The notes: generated by a model not told the origin, from the letters alone. Counted from the stretch's first letter, positions 1 through 11,488 are shown. The stretch is 64,000 nucleotides of DNA from Actinomycetota bacterium (GCA_947450345.1 CANFVD010000001.1:15936-79935); one strand, 5' to 3'. Numbers and translations are program-made.

Positions 1-1944
1 CGCGTTGAGCACCTTGATGGCGAGGCGGCGACCAATCTTGATCTGGGTGGGGTTCTGGGGGTCGAAGGCGGCATCCGTGCCGAGTCGAGACGAGGCGGCC
101 CAATAGCGCACCGCGTCGGATCCGTGCTGTTCGAGCATGTCGCTCGGGGTCACCACGTTGCCCTTGGACTTTGACATCTTCTTGCGATCAGGGTCCACGA
201 TGAAGCCCGAGATGGCGGCATTGCGCCAGGGCATCTCGCCCGACTCGAGAACGGCCCGAAGCATGGTGGAGAACAGCCAGGTTCGGATGATGTCCTGGCC
301 CTGAGGACGTAGGTCAAACGGCCACACGAGGTTCCACAGTTCGGTGTCGCGTTCCCAACCGCCGGCCAGCTGGGGCGTGAGCGAGCTGGTGGCCCACGTG
401 TCCATCACATCGACCTCGCCGATGAAGCCGTTCGCCGCACCCCGCTGCTCCTCGGTGTAGCCCTCGGGCACATCGCTCGAGGGGTCAACGGGCAATTGGC
501 CGTCGCGTGCCACGAGGGGCTGGTCAAAGACTGGGTTACCGTCGGCATCGAGCGGGTACCAGACGGGAATCGGCACACCAAAGAACCGCTGGCGCGAAAT
601 GAGCCAGTCTCCGGCGAGTCCGCCGACCCAGTTTTCGTAGCGCACGCGCATGAAGTCGGGGTGCCAGGTGAGCTCCTTGCCGAACTCCAGCAGTTGACCG
701 CGCAGTTTTTCGTCGCGGGCACCGTTGATGACGTACCACTGACGCGTGGACACAATCTCGAGTGGCTTGTCGCCCTTCTCGAAGAACTTCACGGGGTGCG
801 TGATGGGCTTGGGGTCGCCCTCCATCTCGCCAGACTCGCGCAGGAGGACCACCATGGCCTCTTTCGCCGAGAAGATGGTCTTTCCGGCAATCTCGGCAAA
901 CGCGGCTTTGCCCGCATCGCTCGTAATCACGTCGGGAGCGTCACTCAGAATGCGACCGTCGAATCCGATGATGGCGCGGTTGGGCAGGTCGAGCTCGCGC
1001 CACCAGATCACGTCGGTGACGTCACCGAACGTACAGATCATTGCGATGCCCGACCCCTTGTCGGGCTGAGCGAGGTGATGAGCCAGAATCGGCACCTCAA
1101 CGCCAAAAATGGGCGTGGTGACGTTCGACCCAAAGAGTGGCTTGTAGCGCTCGTCCTCCGGATGCGCCACGAGGGCCACGCACGCCGCGAGCAGTTCGGG
1201 ACGCGTGGTCTCGATGAAGATGTCGTCACCACCCGAGCGGTGGAAAGCCAGGCGGTGGTAGGCGCCGGGCATGTCCTTGTCTTCGAGCTCGGCCTGAGCC
1301 ACGGCCGTGCGGAAAGTCACGTCCCACAGTGTGGGCGCCATGGCCTGGTAGGCCTCGCCGCGCTCGATGTTGCGCACGAAGGCCAGCTGCGACGAGCGAA
1401 TCGAATCGCTGCCGATGGTGCGGTAGGTCTGGTTCCAGTCGACCGATAGCCCGAGAGTGCGCCAGAGCGCCTCAAACTGCTTTTCGTCTTCGACGGTCAG
1501 CTTCTCGCACAGCTCGATGAAGTTGCGCCGGCTGATGGGCACCTGATCGGCAGCCTTAGTGCTCTTGTTGTCGCCACCCTCAAACGGGGGAGTGAATCCG
1601 GCCTCGTAGGGCAGCGACGGGTCGCAGCGCACGCCGTAATAGTTCTGAACCCGTCGCTCGGTGGGCAGGCCGTTGTCGTCCCAGCCCATGGGGTAGAAGA
1701 CCTCTTTGCCACACATGCGCTGATAGCGTGCCATCACGTCGGTGTGCGTGTAGCTGAACACGTGCCCCACGTGCAGCGAACCCGAGGCCGTGGGCGGCGG
1801 GGTGTCGATGGAGAAGATACTGGCGCGGGTTTGTCCCGCGCGCTCGAACCGATAAGTGCCCGCGGAATCCCACGTGGCGGTCCACTTGTCTTCGAGGCCC
1901 TCGAGGGCGGGCTTTTCGGGAACGCCGGCAGCATTACTCGTCAT
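1..1944 (-). CDS. valS: Valine--tRNA ligase (archaeal-like type found in some Actinobacteria); 3' end runs off the window
   Basis: Manual translation from ATG 1944: MTSNAAGVPEKPALEGLEDKW...SIDTPPPTASGSLHVGHVFSY (HIGH-like motif), YPMGWDDNGLPTERRVQ, and DRKKMSKSKG near 160-190. Absent from the ORF track because it has no stop inside the window. Confidence 0.95.
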   Translation of the reverse strand, partial: MTSNAAGVPEKPALEGLEDKWTATWDSAGTYRFERAGQTRASIFSIDTPPPTASGSLHVGHVFSYTHTDVMARYQRMCGKEVFYPMGWDDNGLPTERRVQNYYGVRCDPSLPYEAGFTPPFEGGDNKSTKAADQVPISRRNFIELCEKLTVEDEKQFEALWRTLGLSVDWNQTYRTIGSDSIRSSQLAFVRNIERGEAYQAMAPTLWDVTFRTAVAQAELEDKDMPGAYHRLAFHRSGGDDIFIETTRPELLAACVALVAHPEDERYKPLFGSNVTTPIFGVEVPILAHHLAQPDKGSGIAMICTFGDVTDVIWWRELDLPNRAIIGFDGRILSDAPDVITSDAGKAAFAEIAGKTIFSAKEAMVVLLRESGEMEGDPKPITHPVKFFEKGDKPLEIVSTRQWYVINGARDEKLRGQLLEFGKELTWHPDFMRVRYENWVGGLAGDWLISRQRFFGVPIPVWYPLDADGNPVFDQPLVARDGQLPVDPSSDVPEGYTEEQRGAANGFIGEVDVMDTWATSSLTPQLAGGWERDTELWNLVWPFDLRPQGQDIIRTWLFSTMLRAVLESGEMPWRNAAISGFIVDPDRKKMSKSKGNVVTPSDMLEQHGSDAVRYWAASSRLGTDAAFDPQNPTQIKIGRRLAIKVLNA

Positions 1945-2059
1945 GATGAACCTCGAATTTCTATGAGCGGCACCGCGTCGTTTACCGGCTCGGCCGGCGA
2001 GTGTGCCTCAGATGTGGGTGCCTCGAGTTTACCGCCTGACGTATTAGGCTGATGCATAG

Positions 2060-2285
2060 AGACAGTGATCCGGCAATCACCGGGGAGTCTTCGGAAGAAA
2101 TTTGCCGAGTGAACCCGTTCACATCGACGAAGAGTAGAACCGAACGGGTCTGGCCCGTTACAGCCAAAGAACAAGAGGGTCTCGCTTGCGAGATCAAGCT
2201 CAGGTGGTACCGCGCGAAAATCCCGAAATTTGGGCGAATCGCGTCCTGGCGAAGTAGATGAACCATCCTTCGTTTCAGGAGAAAC
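2060..2285 (+). ncRNA. Actinobacterial ileS T-box riboswitch (translational type, ultrashort stem I)
   Basis: GATCCGGCAATCACCGGGGAG stem I with Ile specifier ATC at 2076-2078; AGTAGAACCGAACGGG..GGCCCGTTACAGCC stem II/IIA-B; T-box CAGGTGGTACCGCG at 2201-2214; TCCTG (2244-2248) can pair with SD-region CAGGA (2276-2280); -10-like TAGGCT at 2045-2050. Confidence 0.93.
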
Positions 2286-2286
2286 C

Positions 2287-5200
2287 GTGACCTATCCCAA
2301 GTCGGCCAAGAATGTGGCTTCGACAGGTTCAGCCGGCGAGCCCGCGAACTCTGAAGTCGTGCCCTCGCCGTCATTTCCCGCCATCGAAGAGCAGGTGCTC
2401 GCCTTCTGGAAGGCAGATGACACGTTTCGCGCCTCCATCGCGCAGCGCGCCGAGCAGGACGCCGAAGAGTGGGTGTTCTACGACGGTCCGCCGTTTGCCA
2501 ACGGCCTGCCCCACTACGGTCACCTTCTGACGGGCTACGCCAAAGACCTCTTCCCGCGCTACCAGACCATGCGCGGCAAGCGCGTGGAGCGCCGATTCGG
2601 GTGGGACACCCACGGTCTGCCCGCCGAACTCGAAGCCGAGCGCCAACTGGGCATCACCGACAAGAGCCAGATCGAAGAGATGGGCATTGCCGCCTTTAAC
2701 AAGGTGGCCCGAGAGTCGGTGCTCAAGTACACGCAGGAGTGGCAGGAATACGTCACGCGCCAGGCGCGCTGGGTCGACTTTGATAACGACTACAAGACCC
2801 TCGATATCACCTTCATGGAGAGCGCCATCTGGGCGTTCAAGCAACTGCACGACAAGGGTCTCGCGTACGAGGGATACCGTGTGCTGCCCTACTGCTGGCG
2901 CGACCAGACGCCGTTGAGCAATCACGAACTGCGAATGGATGACGACGTCTACAAGATGCGTCAAGACCAGTCGGTCACGGTCGCATTCCCGTTGATGGGA
3001 GAACGCGCCGATGCCCTTGGGCTCGGGGGAGTGCAGGCACTCGCCTGGACCACCACGCCCTGGACACTGCCCACGAATGCGGCGCTCGCCGTGGGGCCGG
3101 CAATTTCGTATGTGGTTGTGCCCGCTGGGCCCGCATTCAGCCTCGCGGGTTTCAATACGTCGACTGCGTCGACTACTCAACCGGCATTCTTGATTGCCGA
3201 AGACTTGGCGGGTGCCTACGCCAAAGAGCTTGGCTTCGCTGACGCGGCAGAGGTGCAGGCTGCGGTGACGTCCACCGTGCTCGGCAGTGACCTGGTTGGC
3301 ATGGCTTATGAACGCCTCTGGGACTACTTTGCCGACGAGCCCGAGTATCAGACCAATGCGTGGCGCATTCTTAGCGCCGAGTTTGTGACCACCGCCGACG
3401 GAACCGGAATTGTGCACCTAGCACCCGCCTATGGCGAGGATGACCAAAAGGTGTGCGAGGAAAACGGTATCCCCGTCATGATGTCGCTGGACGACGGTGG
3501 TGTCTTCCTCTCGCGCATTACCGAGGTCGCCGGCCAGCAGGTCTTCGACGCCAACAAGCCCCTCACGGCCATGCTGCGCGACATGGGCCGACTGGTTCGC
3601 GTGGCCAGCTACGAGCACTCGTACCCGCACTGCTGGCGTTGTCGTAATCCGCTGATCTATCGGGCCGTTTCGTCGTGGTTCGTGCGCGTCACCGAGTTCC
3701 GCGACCGCATGGTCGAACTCAACCAACAGATCAACTGGGTGCCCGACAACGTCAAGGACGGTCAGTTCGGCAAGTGGCTCGAAGGTGCCCGCGACTGGTC
3801 CATCAGCCGCAATCGCTTCTGGGGTTCGCCCATTCCCGTCTGGAAGAGCGACAACCCGGAATACCCTCGCGTCGATGTCTACGGTTCGCTCGACGAGCTC
3901 GAGCGCGACTTCGGGGTTCGTCCCACCGATCTGCACCGGCCCCAGATTGACGAGCTGACGCGACCGAATCCAGACGACCCTTCCGGTCAATCCACCATGC
4001 GCCGTATCTCTGATGTGCTCGACGTGTGGTTCGACTCGGGGTCGATGCCGTTCGCTCAGGTGCACTATCCGTTCGAGAATCGCGACTGGTTTGATACGCA
4101 CAACCCGGCCGACTACATCGTGGAGTACATCGGACAAACGCGTGGCTGGTTCTATACGCTCCATGTGCTGTCCACCGCACTCTTTGACCGCCCGGCATTC
4201 AAGAACGTGATTAGCCACGGCATCGTGCTTGGTAACGACGGCCAGAAGATGTCGAAGTCGCTGCGCAACTATCCGGATGTCAATGAGGTCTTTGACCGCG
4301 ACGGCTCCGACGCCATGCGCTGGTTCTTGATGAGTTCGTCGGTGCTGCGCGGCGGCAACCTGATTGTCACCGAAGAGGGCATTCGCGAGGGCGCTCGCCA
4401 GATGCTGCTGCCCCTGTGGAGCACGTATTACTTCTTCACGCTCTACGCCAATGTTGCCGGCGACGACGGTGAGGGTTACGACGCGACGTGGCGCACGGAT
4501 AGCACCAACCTCCTTGACCGGTACCTCCTGGCCAAGACCGGGGATGTCATTCGGGCGGTGCAGGAGCACCTCGATGCGCTCGACTCGACACTTGCTGCTG
4601 CGGCTCTGCGCGACTTCGCGGACGTCCTGACCAACTGGTACGTGCGCCGATCGCGCGACCGTTTCTGGTCGGGCTCCTCAACCGCCGACGGACGCGATGC
4701 CTTTGACACGCTGTTCACGGTGCTCGAAACCCTGACCCGCGTGGCGGCACCGCTCCTGCCGCTCGTGACAGAGCGCATCTGGCAGGGTCTCACCGGTGGC
4801 CGATCGGTGCACCTCACCGACTGGCCGGATGCCGGCGCCTTCCCGCAGGCCGATGACCTGGTTGCCGACATGGATGAGGTCCGCGAGATTGTCTCCACGG
4901 CGCTCGCGCTTCGCAAGCAGACGGGCCGACGCGTGCGGTTGCCCCTCGCGGAACTCGTTGTGGTGACCGAACGCGCCCACGCGCTCGACGCCTACGCCGA
5001 CATCCTGCGTGATGAGCTCAACGTCAAGACCGTGACCAACACCGCATGGACCGAAAACAGCGCCGCCGAGTTCGGCATCACCTCGCGACTGTCGGTCAAC
5101 GCTCGCGCCGCCGGACCGCGCCTGGGCAAGGATGTTCAGCGCATCATCATCGCGGCCAAGAACGGTGACTGGTCCGAGAACAACGGCGTCGTTGTCGCCG

Positions 5201-5703
5201 GTGGCACGCCACTTGAACCCGGCGAATTCGAACTGACCCTCGAAACGGCCACGGCCGGCGCTGACGCCGAGCGGGCTCTGGCACTCATCCCCAGCGGAGG
5301 ATTCGTTCTGCTCGATGTCACGACGACACCAGAGCTCGAAGCCGAGGGGCTGCAGCGCGACCTGATTCGCGCCGTGCAAGACACGCGTAAGACGGCGGGC
5401 TTCGATGTGAGTGACCGCATCGTGCTCGATGTGGTGTGCTTCGACGTGAAGGATGCGGAGGCACTGGGGCACGCGACCGGCGCCGACATCGCCGCCGAGA
5501 CCCTGGCCACCACGTTTGCCATTCACTCTCCGGCCACCTTTGATCTGTTGCCCACGATGAGCGGGCAGCTGGCCTCCGAGTGGCTGGGCAACGTGGCGAA
5601 TGCCGACGTTGAGCATTTCGCGCGTTTTGACGCGGGCGCCTTCGCCAACATGGGCGACTTCGTGGTCGCGGTATCGCGAACGGAGCGCATCCAGAGTGTC
5701 TGA
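2287..5703 (+). CDS. ileS: Isoleucine--tRNA ligase (IleRS2 type)
   Basis: [33 protein letters not shown] and KMSKS motifs; GTG 2287 follows an AGGAGA SD. Confidence 0.97.
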   Translation: MTYPKSAKNVASTGSAGEPANSEVVPSPSFPAIEEQVLAFWKADDTFRASIAQRAEQDAEEWVFYDGPPFANGLPHYGHLLTGYAKDLFPRYQTMRGKRVERRFGWDTHGLPAELEAERQLGITDKSQIEEMGIAAFNKVARESVLKYTQEWQEYVTRQARWVDFDNDYKTLDITFMESAIWAFKQLHDKGLAYEGYRVLPYCWRDQTPLSNHELRMDDDVYKMRQDQSVTVAFPLMGERADALGLGGVQALAWTTTPWTLPTNAALAVGPAISYVVVPAGPAFSLAGFNTSTASTTQPAFLIAEDLAGAYAKELGFADAAEVQAAVTSTVLGSDLVGMAYERLWDYFADEPEYQTNAWRILSAEFVTTADGTGIVHLAPAYGEDDQKVCEENGIPVMMSLDDGGVFLSRITEVAGQQVFDANKPLTAMLRDMGRLVRVASYEHSYPHCWRCRNPLIYRAVSSWFVRVTEFRDRMVELNQQINWVPDNVKDGQFGKWLEGARDWSISRNRFWGSPIPVWKSDNPEYPRVDVYGSLDELERDFGVRPTDLHRPQIDELTRPNPDDPSGQSTMRRISDVLDVWFDSGSMPFAQVHYPFENRDWFDTHNPADYIVEYIGQTRGWFYTLHVLSTALFDRPAFKNVISHGIVLGNDGQKMSKSLRNYPDVNEVFDRDGSDAMRWFLMSSSVLRGGNLIVTEEGIREGARQMLLPLWSTYYFFTLYANVAGDDGEGYDATWRTDSTNLLDRYLLAKTGDVIRAVQEHLDALDSTLAAAALRDFADVLTNWYVRRSRDRFWSGSSTADGRDAFDTLFTVLETLTRVAAPLLPLVTERIWQGLTGGRSVHLTDWPDAGAFPQADDLVADMDEVREIVSTALALRKQTGRRVRLPLAELVVVTERAHALDAYADILRDELNVKTVTNTAWTENSAAEFGITSRLSVNARAAGPRLGKDVQRIIIAAKNGDWSENNGVVVAGGTPLEPGEFELTLETATAGADAERALALIPSGGFVLLDVTTTPELEAEGLQRDLIRAVQDTRKTAGFDVSDRIVLDVVCFDVKDAEALGHATGADIAAETLATTFAIHSPATFDLLPTMSGQLASEWLGNVANADVEHFARFDAGAFANMGDFVVAVSRTERIQSV

Positions 5704-7057
5704 GTCTCACGAGGAATCCGAGTACGCGCGCGCTGCCGAGCTGGCCTACCAGGAGCTCCTGTCGCGCATGGGGGAGGGCGAACCCCAACCGCGCCTCGAG
5801 CCCACGCGGCGTGTGGTCGAGCTCCTCGGCGATGTACATCGGGCGTATCCGGTGATTCACGTGGCCGGCACGAACGGCAAGACCTCCACGGCTCGCATGA
5901 TCGAGACGATTCTGCGAACGTTTGGCCTGCGCACCGGCCTGTTTACGAGCCCCCACCTGATTTCACTCAACGAGCGCATTCAGATTGATGGCGAGCCCAT
6001 CAGCGATGAGAATCTCGTGGCCAATTGGGTTGACATCAAGCCCTACGTGGAGATGGTCGATGCCGAACTTGAGGCCAAGGGCGAACTGCGATTGACCTTC
6101 TTTGAGGTGCTCACCATTCTCGGATTTGCGGCCTTCGCCGACGCTCCGGTCGACGTTGCCGTCGTCGAGGCCGGAATGGGTGGCGAGTGGGACTCCACAA
6201 ACGTTGCCGACGGCGTGGTGGCCGTGTTCACGCCCATCGCGCTCGACCACACCGAGCGACTCGGGCCAGACATCACCACCATCGCACGCACGAAGTCGGG
6301 CATCATCAAGCCAGCGGCCATGGTGGTGTCGGCTCCGCAGGAGCCCGAGGCGGAGGCCGTTCTCCGCGAGGCCGCCGAGCTCACCGAGTCGATCATCAAC
6401 ATCTTGGGGTCGGGTGGCACGTCGGTAGTATCGGAGGTTGCCGTCGGCGGTCAGCTCACCTCAATCATTGGGTTGGCCGGCACCTATGACGACCTCTTTG
6501 TGGGGCTGCTGGGTGACCACCAAGCGGTCAACGCCGCCGTGGCGCTGATGGCCGTGGAGAGCTTTTTGGGTGGCGCTAACCAGTCAATCGACCGAGACCT
6601 GCTGGCCGAGGCCTTTGCCACGGTGACGTCACCCGGACGCCTTCAGCGCGTGGCGAGCAGTCCGCCCGTCATTGTGGACGCGGCTCATAACCCGCACGGC
6701 GCCCGGTCACTGGCCGAGGCGCTGTCATCGTATTTTGATTTCGACGACATCACGCTGGTTTTTGGCACACTCGCCAATAAGGACTATGCCGAATTTCTGG
6801 CAACCCTGGCACCGTTCGCCTCCCGCGTGATTCTCACGACCCCACCCAGTGACCGCGCTGTGACGGCGGCGCAGGTGGCGGCGACGGCACATCTGCCCGA
6901 CGATGTCACGGTGAGTGTGCAGCCGGATCCTTTGGTGGCTTTGGCAGAAGCCCGAGCGTATGCGGCTCAGAGCGCCAAGGGCGCCGTTGTTGTGTCAGGC
7001 TCAATATCGCTCGTGGGTCTCACCTTGGCCTGCGCAATCGAAGAGAAGTGGTCATGA
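5696..7057 (+). CDS. folC: Folylpolyglutamate synthase/dihydrofolate synthase
   Basis: [31 protein letters not shown] and DAAHNPHG motifs; overlaps the ileS stop. Confidence 0.95.
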   Translation: MSESHEESEYARAAELAYQELLSRMGEGEPQPRLEPTRRVVELLGDVHRAYPVIHVAGTNGKTSTARMIETILRTFGLRTGLFTSPHLISLNERIQIDGEPISDENLVANWVDIKPYVEMVDAELEAKGELRLTFFEVLTILGFAAFADAPVDVAVVEAGMGGEWDSTNVADGVVAVFTPIALDHTERLGPDITTIARTKSGIIKPAAMVVSAPQEPEAEAVLREAAELTESIINILGSGGTSVVSEVAVGGQLTSIIGLAGTYDDLFVGLLGDHQAVNAAVALMAVESFLGGANQSIDRDLLAEAFATVTSPGRLQRVASSPPVIVDAAHNPHGARSLAEALSSYFDFDDITLVFGTLANKDYAEFLATLAPFASRVILTTPPSDRAVTAAQVAATAHLPDDVTVSVQPDPLVALAEARAYAAQSAKGAVVVSGSISLVGLTLACAIEEKWS

Positions 7058-7482
7058 GTTCATCGCCATCCCAGCCACACCCGCGTTCAGCGTCGCCGCG
7101 ATCACCGCGCCGGCAGCGTGGCACGCGTGAAACGCTGATCTCCATCGTCTTGGGGTTTGAAGCGATTGTGGTGGGCCTCGGGGCTCTCACCATGCTGGGG
7201 CTCAAGGCGCTTGATTTCGTTCAGGCACTCGTGGGTGGCGGGCTCGTCATTCTGATTCTCGTCGCCGCCGTGGTGTGGGCCCGCTTCACCGCAGGACTCG
7301 TGCTGGGGTGGCTTGCCCAGGCCGTTATTCTGGCGAGTGGCTTTATCGCCGGCGCCATGTTTGTCGTCGGCGTGGTCTTTACCGCCATCTGGGTGTTCGC
7401 CCTCGTTCAGGGCACAAGAATTGATCGAGCCAATAATTCACACAACGAGATAAACGCCACTGGAGAGGACAACGCACGATGA
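7054..7482 (+). CDS. Membrane protein, DUF4233-like
   Basis: Four hydrophobic segments; usual actinobacterial position between folC and ndk. Confidence 0.75.
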   Translation: MSSSPSQPHPRSASPRSPRRQRGTRETLISIVLGFEAIVVGLGALTMLGLKALDFVQALVGGGLVILILVAAVVWARFTAGLVLGWLAQAVILASGFIAGAMFVVGVVFTAIWVFALVQGTRIDRANNSHNEINATGEDNAR

Positions 7483-7901
7483 GCGCACACACGGAAGAAA
7501 CCCTGGTCCTGGTAAAACCTGACGGAGTCGAACGCGGACTGACCGGCGAGATACTGCGCCGGATTGAATCTAAGGGTTATGAGATTGTCGACCTCCGCAT
7601 GGTGACTCCCACGCGTGACCTTCTCGCTGCCCACTACGCCGAGCACGAGGGCAAACCGTTCTTCGAGCCCCTCGTCGAATTTATGGCCAGCGGCCCGGTT
7701 GTCGCCGTCCGCGTGCGCGGTCAGCGCGTCATCGAGGGTTTTCGCTCTCTCGCGGGAACGACGGACCCCACAACGGCAGCCCCCGGCACGATTCGTGGTG
7801 ATCTCGGTCGCGATTGGGGTGCGCCGGTTCAGCGCAACCTCGTGCACGGTTCGGACGCGCCGGAGTCGGCCGCTCGCGAGCTCGGGCTCTGGTTCGCCTA
7901 A
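7479..7901 (+). CDS. ndk: Nucleoside-diphosphate kinase
   Basis: TLVLVKPDGV, PGTIRGD and NLVHGSD motifs. Confidence 0.97.
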   Translation: MSAHTEETLVLVKPDGVERGLTGEILRRIESKGYEIVDLRMVTPTRDLLAAHYAEHEGKPFFEPLVEFMASGPVVAVRVRGQRVIEGFRSLAGTTDPTTAAPGTIRGDLGRDWGAPVQRNLVHGSDAPESAARELGLWFA

Positions 7902-7959
7902 AACCGAGGCACGCGGACGTTGCCCCGCGACGTGACGGGCTGAACTCTCAGCCCAGGCC

Positions 7960-8565
7960 TTAGAGGTTGTGAATCCAGTCCAGTCGAACCTGGGCAATCA
8001 GGGCCTCAATGAGCAAGATGCCGATGATGATTGTTGGCGACCACGACAGCGTCTTGGCGCCGACGGCCAGGATCCACGGGCGCGTGCCCCACACGCCGTT
8101 CTTGATTGTGTAGCCCTTGACCACGATGGTCAGGGTGATGGTGGCAATCCAGGTCACCATGCACCAGGGGCACAGGGTTCCGAGAACGAAGACGCTTTCG
8201 GCGAAGAGCCAGACGGTGAACAGGAAACCGATGCTGGCAACGATGTCAAAAGCGCGCCAGTACCAGTTGGCGAATCGCGCCCCAGCGAGGATGCCAACAC
8301 CCGTAGCGGCAACGACGGGCCAGCCCATCAGGCCGAGCAGCGGGTTGGGGAAGCCGAGGAGCGAGCCCTGCCACGAGGCAAGGTTCTTGCCACACTGCAC
8401 GATGACGCTGAAGTCACAACTCGCTGCTTCGCCGGGATTTGTGAGCGCATGAATCTTCTCGAGGGTCAGCGCGAACGCCGCCAAGAGCCCCAGCGCTGCA
8501 ACCAGGATGAAGAGAACGGATACGGCAATGGGTTTACGGGCCGAAACCTCTGAAGTGTCACTCAC
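7960..8565 (-). CDS. Vitamin K epoxide reductase (VKOR) family protein
   Basis: SCDFSVIVQC loop cysteines, LGFPN and LCPWC (CxxC) motifs with TM helices; start estimated at GTG 8565. Confidence 0.9.
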   Translation of the reverse strand: MSDTSEVSARKPIAVSVLFILVAALGLLAAFALTLEKIHALTNPGEAASCDFSVIVQCGKNLASWQGSLLGFPNPLLGLMGWPVVAATGVGILAGARFANWYWRAFDIVASIGFLFTVWLFAESVFVLGTLCPWCMVTWIATITLTIVVKGYTIKNGVWGTRPWILAVGAKTLSWSPTIIIGILLIEALIAQVRLDWIHNL

Positions 8566-8860
8566 GCGCACGATTATCGCAGTTGGAGCAGGGAGATTGC
8601 TGACCCCACTTCCGGCGCGCGAAACAAATCCGTGCGATACTAGAAATGTTGCAACCCCTTGATGGGGCGCAACGCAAAGACTTTTGAGTAATCGCAAGGT
8701 TGCTCGTGGGCTGGTTTGCCACCCACATCTCGCCTAACCAACAGGGTTCTGGCGGGCACGAAGCTATTTTTGGTAGACGCGACAGCGTTGGCCACGAGGA
8801 TTAAGCACCACCCGAGGAACGTTGAAAAACGCTCTCGCGGTGCGGAGAGTTGCACCACTC

Positions 8861-11053
8861 ATGGTGAAAAAGAAAAATTCTGACGTCAGCCCATTTAGCC
8901 ACGGAGAAAGCGCTGACGTGTGGCTCGAGGCCCACGCGGATCGAATTCCGGCACTTGTGTCCACCGCACCCGTTGAGGACGCGGTGACCGAGACGGCCGA
9001 ATCGATTGCCGCCGAAGTTGGCGCTGCAGCGGGTATCGACATCCCGACACTTTCGGCGAGCGAGATCACCGACCTCGTGTTTTATGCCCCTGCGCTGCCC
9101 CGCCGCGAAGAGCGTTTACGCGATCGTTGGGAACGCGATGGCGATCCGTTTGACGAGCAGAGCTCGCTGCGTCGCCGGCAACGGCGTCGCGCGGGTGACG
9201 ATCGTCCGCTCTCCGAAGACGAGGGCCGCACCGTGGTCAAAGTTCGCATTCCTCGCGAGCCCGAGCTCATCACGGAACCCCAGCGCATTCGTGGATCCAC
9301 GCGACTCGAAGCCAAGAAGCAGCGCCGTCGCGACGGACGCGACGTCGGTCGGCGTCGCACCGTGGTCACCGAGAGCGAGTTTCTCGCTCGACGTGAGTCC
9401 GTCGACCGCGTCATGGTGGTTCGTGAGCGTGAAGATCGCACGCAGATTGGCGTCCTCGAAGACACCGTCTTGGTTGAACACTACGTGGCACGGGCATCCG
9501 AGGCGAGCCTCATTGGCAACGTTTACCTCGGCAAGGTGCAGAACGTGTTGCCGTCGATGGAGGCTGCCTTCGTTGACATCGGCAAGGGCCGTAACGCCGT
9601 GCTGTACTCCGGCGAAGTTGATTGGGACGCGGTCGAAAACAAGGACCAGTCTCGCCGTATTGAGCTCGCGCTCAAGCCGGGCGACAAAGTTCTCGTTCAG
9701 GTCACGAAGGACCCCGTGGGCCACAAGGGCGCGCGTCTCACGTCCCAGGTTTCCCTGCCGGGCCGCTACCTCGTTTACGTGCCTAACAACACCATGAACG
9801 GCATCAGCCGCAAGCTGCCCGAACCCGAGCGCCTTCGCCTCAAGAAGATTCTCAAAGAGGTGCTTCCCGAGAACGTCGGCGTGATTGTTCGCACAGCAGC
9901 CGAGGGCGCCAGCGAAGAGCAGTTGCGCAGCGACGTCGACCGTCTGCGTTCGCAGTGGGCCTCCATTTCGAGCAAGGTCGAAAAGGGCCAGGCACCGGCG
10001 CTGCTGCACAGTGAGCCCGACCTGTTGGTCAAGATCATTCGTGATGTCTTCAACGAGGACTTCACCAAGGTGATCATCGACGGACCCACCGTGGGCGAGA
10101 CGATTCGCACCTACCTCGAGGGTGTGGCCCCCGAGTTGCTGGAGCGCGTCATCGACCATGCCTCGTCGATGGATTCGTTCGCCGAATTCCGAGTGACCGA
10201 GCAAATCGAAAAGGCGCTCGACCGCAAGGTGTACCTGCCCAGCGGTGGTTCGCTCGTGATCGACCGCACCGAGGCCATGACCGTGGTCGATGTGAATACG
10301 GGCAAGTTTGTGGGATCCGGTGGAAACCTCGAAGAAACCGTCACCAAGAACAACCTTGAGGCGGCCGAAGAAATTGTTCGCCAGCTCCGGTTGCGTGACA
10401 TCGGTGGCATCATTGTGGTCGACTTCATCGACATGGTGCTCGAATCAAACCGCGACCTCGTTCAGCGGCGATTGATCGAGTGCCTGAGTCGCGACCGCAC
10501 GAAGCATCAGGTGGCCGAAATCACCTCGCTCGGTCTCGTTCAGATGACCCGCAAGAAGTTGGGTCTCGGCCTGCTCGAAACGTTCAGCGAGCCCTGTGAG
10601 GTGTGTGCCGGTCGCGGCGTTGTTGTCTTTCATGAGCCCGTGACCCGTAATCGCGCGGCGGACAAGCCCGCGGAGAAGAGCCGCCGCGGTGGTTCGGGTG
10701 CCGGAGCCAGTGGTGGTTCTGGTCGCAGCCGCGGCGCCGTTGCTCCGACCGGTGAAGTTCACATCATTCCCGAGGGAGCGTCGAGCGCGTTGGCAAAGAT
10801 TGCGGCCAGCACGATCAACCACGGAGACGAGGGCGCTGAATCGTCGGCAGAGACCACTGAGGTTGTCGAAATCCTCGACATTCCGGTCACCGTCACCAAG
10901 GGACGGCGTAAAAAGACCGAAGTCGACTCGACTGCCTTAGACAGTGTGTTGGATGCTCTTCCCGAGCCCTCCGACCCCGGTCAGGGCCGCGGGCGTCGTC
11001 GTCGCGTGTCCACGGCGAGCATCACCGCCGAGGCGACCGACCCCGTTGACTGA
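8861..11053 (+). CDS. rne: Ribonuclease E/G family
   Basis: S1 domain GNVYLGKVQNVLPSMEAAFVDIG, DVNTGK, RLRDIGGIIVVDFIDM and Zn-link CEVCAGRG; directly upstream of rplU. Confidence 0.95.
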   Translation: MVKKKNSDVSPFSHGESADVWLEAHADRIPALVSTAPVEDAVTETAESIAAEVGAAAGIDIPTLSASEITDLVFYAPALPRREERLRDRWERDGDPFDEQSSLRRRQRRRAGDDRPLSEDEGRTVVKVRIPREPELITEPQRIRGSTRLEAKKQRRRDGRDVGRRRTVVTESEFLARRESVDRVMVVREREDRTQIGVLEDTVLVEHYVARASEASLIGNVYLGKVQNVLPSMEAAFVDIGKGRNAVLYSGEVDWDAVENKDQSRRIELALKPGDKVLVQVTKDPVGHKGARLTSQVSLPGRYLVYVPNNTMNGISRKLPEPERLRLKKILKEVLPENVGVIVRTAAEGASEEQLRSDVDRLRSQWASISSKVEKGQAPALLHSEPDLLVKIIRDVFNEDFTKVIIDGPTVGETIRTYLEGVAPELLERVIDHASSMDSFAEFRVTEQIEKALDRKVYLPSGGSLVIDRTEAMTVVDVNTGKFVGSGGNLEETVTKNNLEAAEEIVRQLRLRDIGGIIVVDFIDMVLESNRDLVQRRLIECLSRDRTKHQVAEITSLGLVQMTRKKLGLGLLETFSEPCEVCAGRGVVVFHEPVTRNRAADKPAEKSRRGGSGAGASGGSGRSRGAVAPTGEVHIIPEGASSALAKIAASTINHGDEGAESSAETTEVVEILDIPVTVTKGRRKKTEVDSTALDSVLDALPEPSDPGQGRGRRRRVSTASITAEATDPVD

Positions 11054-11061
11054 CCACCAGT

Positions 11062-11091
11062 TTGACCGCACACCAATTCCCGGGATATTCT
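11062..11091 (+). promoter_or_regulatory. Housekeeping-sigma promoter for rplU-rpmA
   Basis: TTGACC-N18-TATTCT upstream of rplU. Confidence 0.6.
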
Positions 11092-11179
11092 TGAGTGTTG
11101 GTGTGTGTTCCCGGTAGGGGAACGATCCAAAGTTTTCTTGGCGAGACAGTCTCGTCCCCGTTTACGTGAGGTATGCACA

Positions 11180-11488
11180 GTGGTTTTCGCAGTAGTCAAG
11201 TCAGGTGGCCGCCAGGAAAAGGTTGAGGTCGGAACCATCATCACGATGGACCGCATTTCGGCCGACAAGTCGGGCATCATTACGCTTCCCGCCGTGCTCC
11301 TCGTTGACGGTACCAAGGTCACCTCCGACGCCGCGTCGCTGGCCAAGGTTGTTGTCACCGCTGAGGTGCTCGAAGACCTCCGTGGCCCCAAGATCGTCAT
11401 TCACAAGTTCAAGAACAAGACCGGATACCGCAAGCGCCAGGGCCACCGCCAGGAGCTCACGCGTGTCAAGGTCACCGGAATCAAGTAA
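11180..11488 (+). CDS. rplU: 50S ribosomal protein L21
   Basis: [13 protein letters not shown]...[19 protein letters not shown]. Confidence 0.97.
   Translation: MVFAVVKSGGRQEKVEVGTIITMDRISADKSGIITLPAVLLVDGTKVTSDAASLAKVVVTAEVLEDLRGPKIVIHKFKNKTGYRKRQGHRQELTRVKVTGIK

Noticed and set aside
496..1449. Long ORFs antisense to housekeeping genes (also 2371-3417, 3418-4569, 32324-33517, 50655-52265, 57070-58653)
   Set aside because: These are shadow frames expected from high-GC codon bias opposite valS, ileS, leuS, leuA and dnaG, and they show no recognisable motifs.
5510..5703. Somewhat extended IleRS C-terminus
   Set aside because: This region is variable in IleRS2 enzymes and I cannot support a distinct domain without an alignment.
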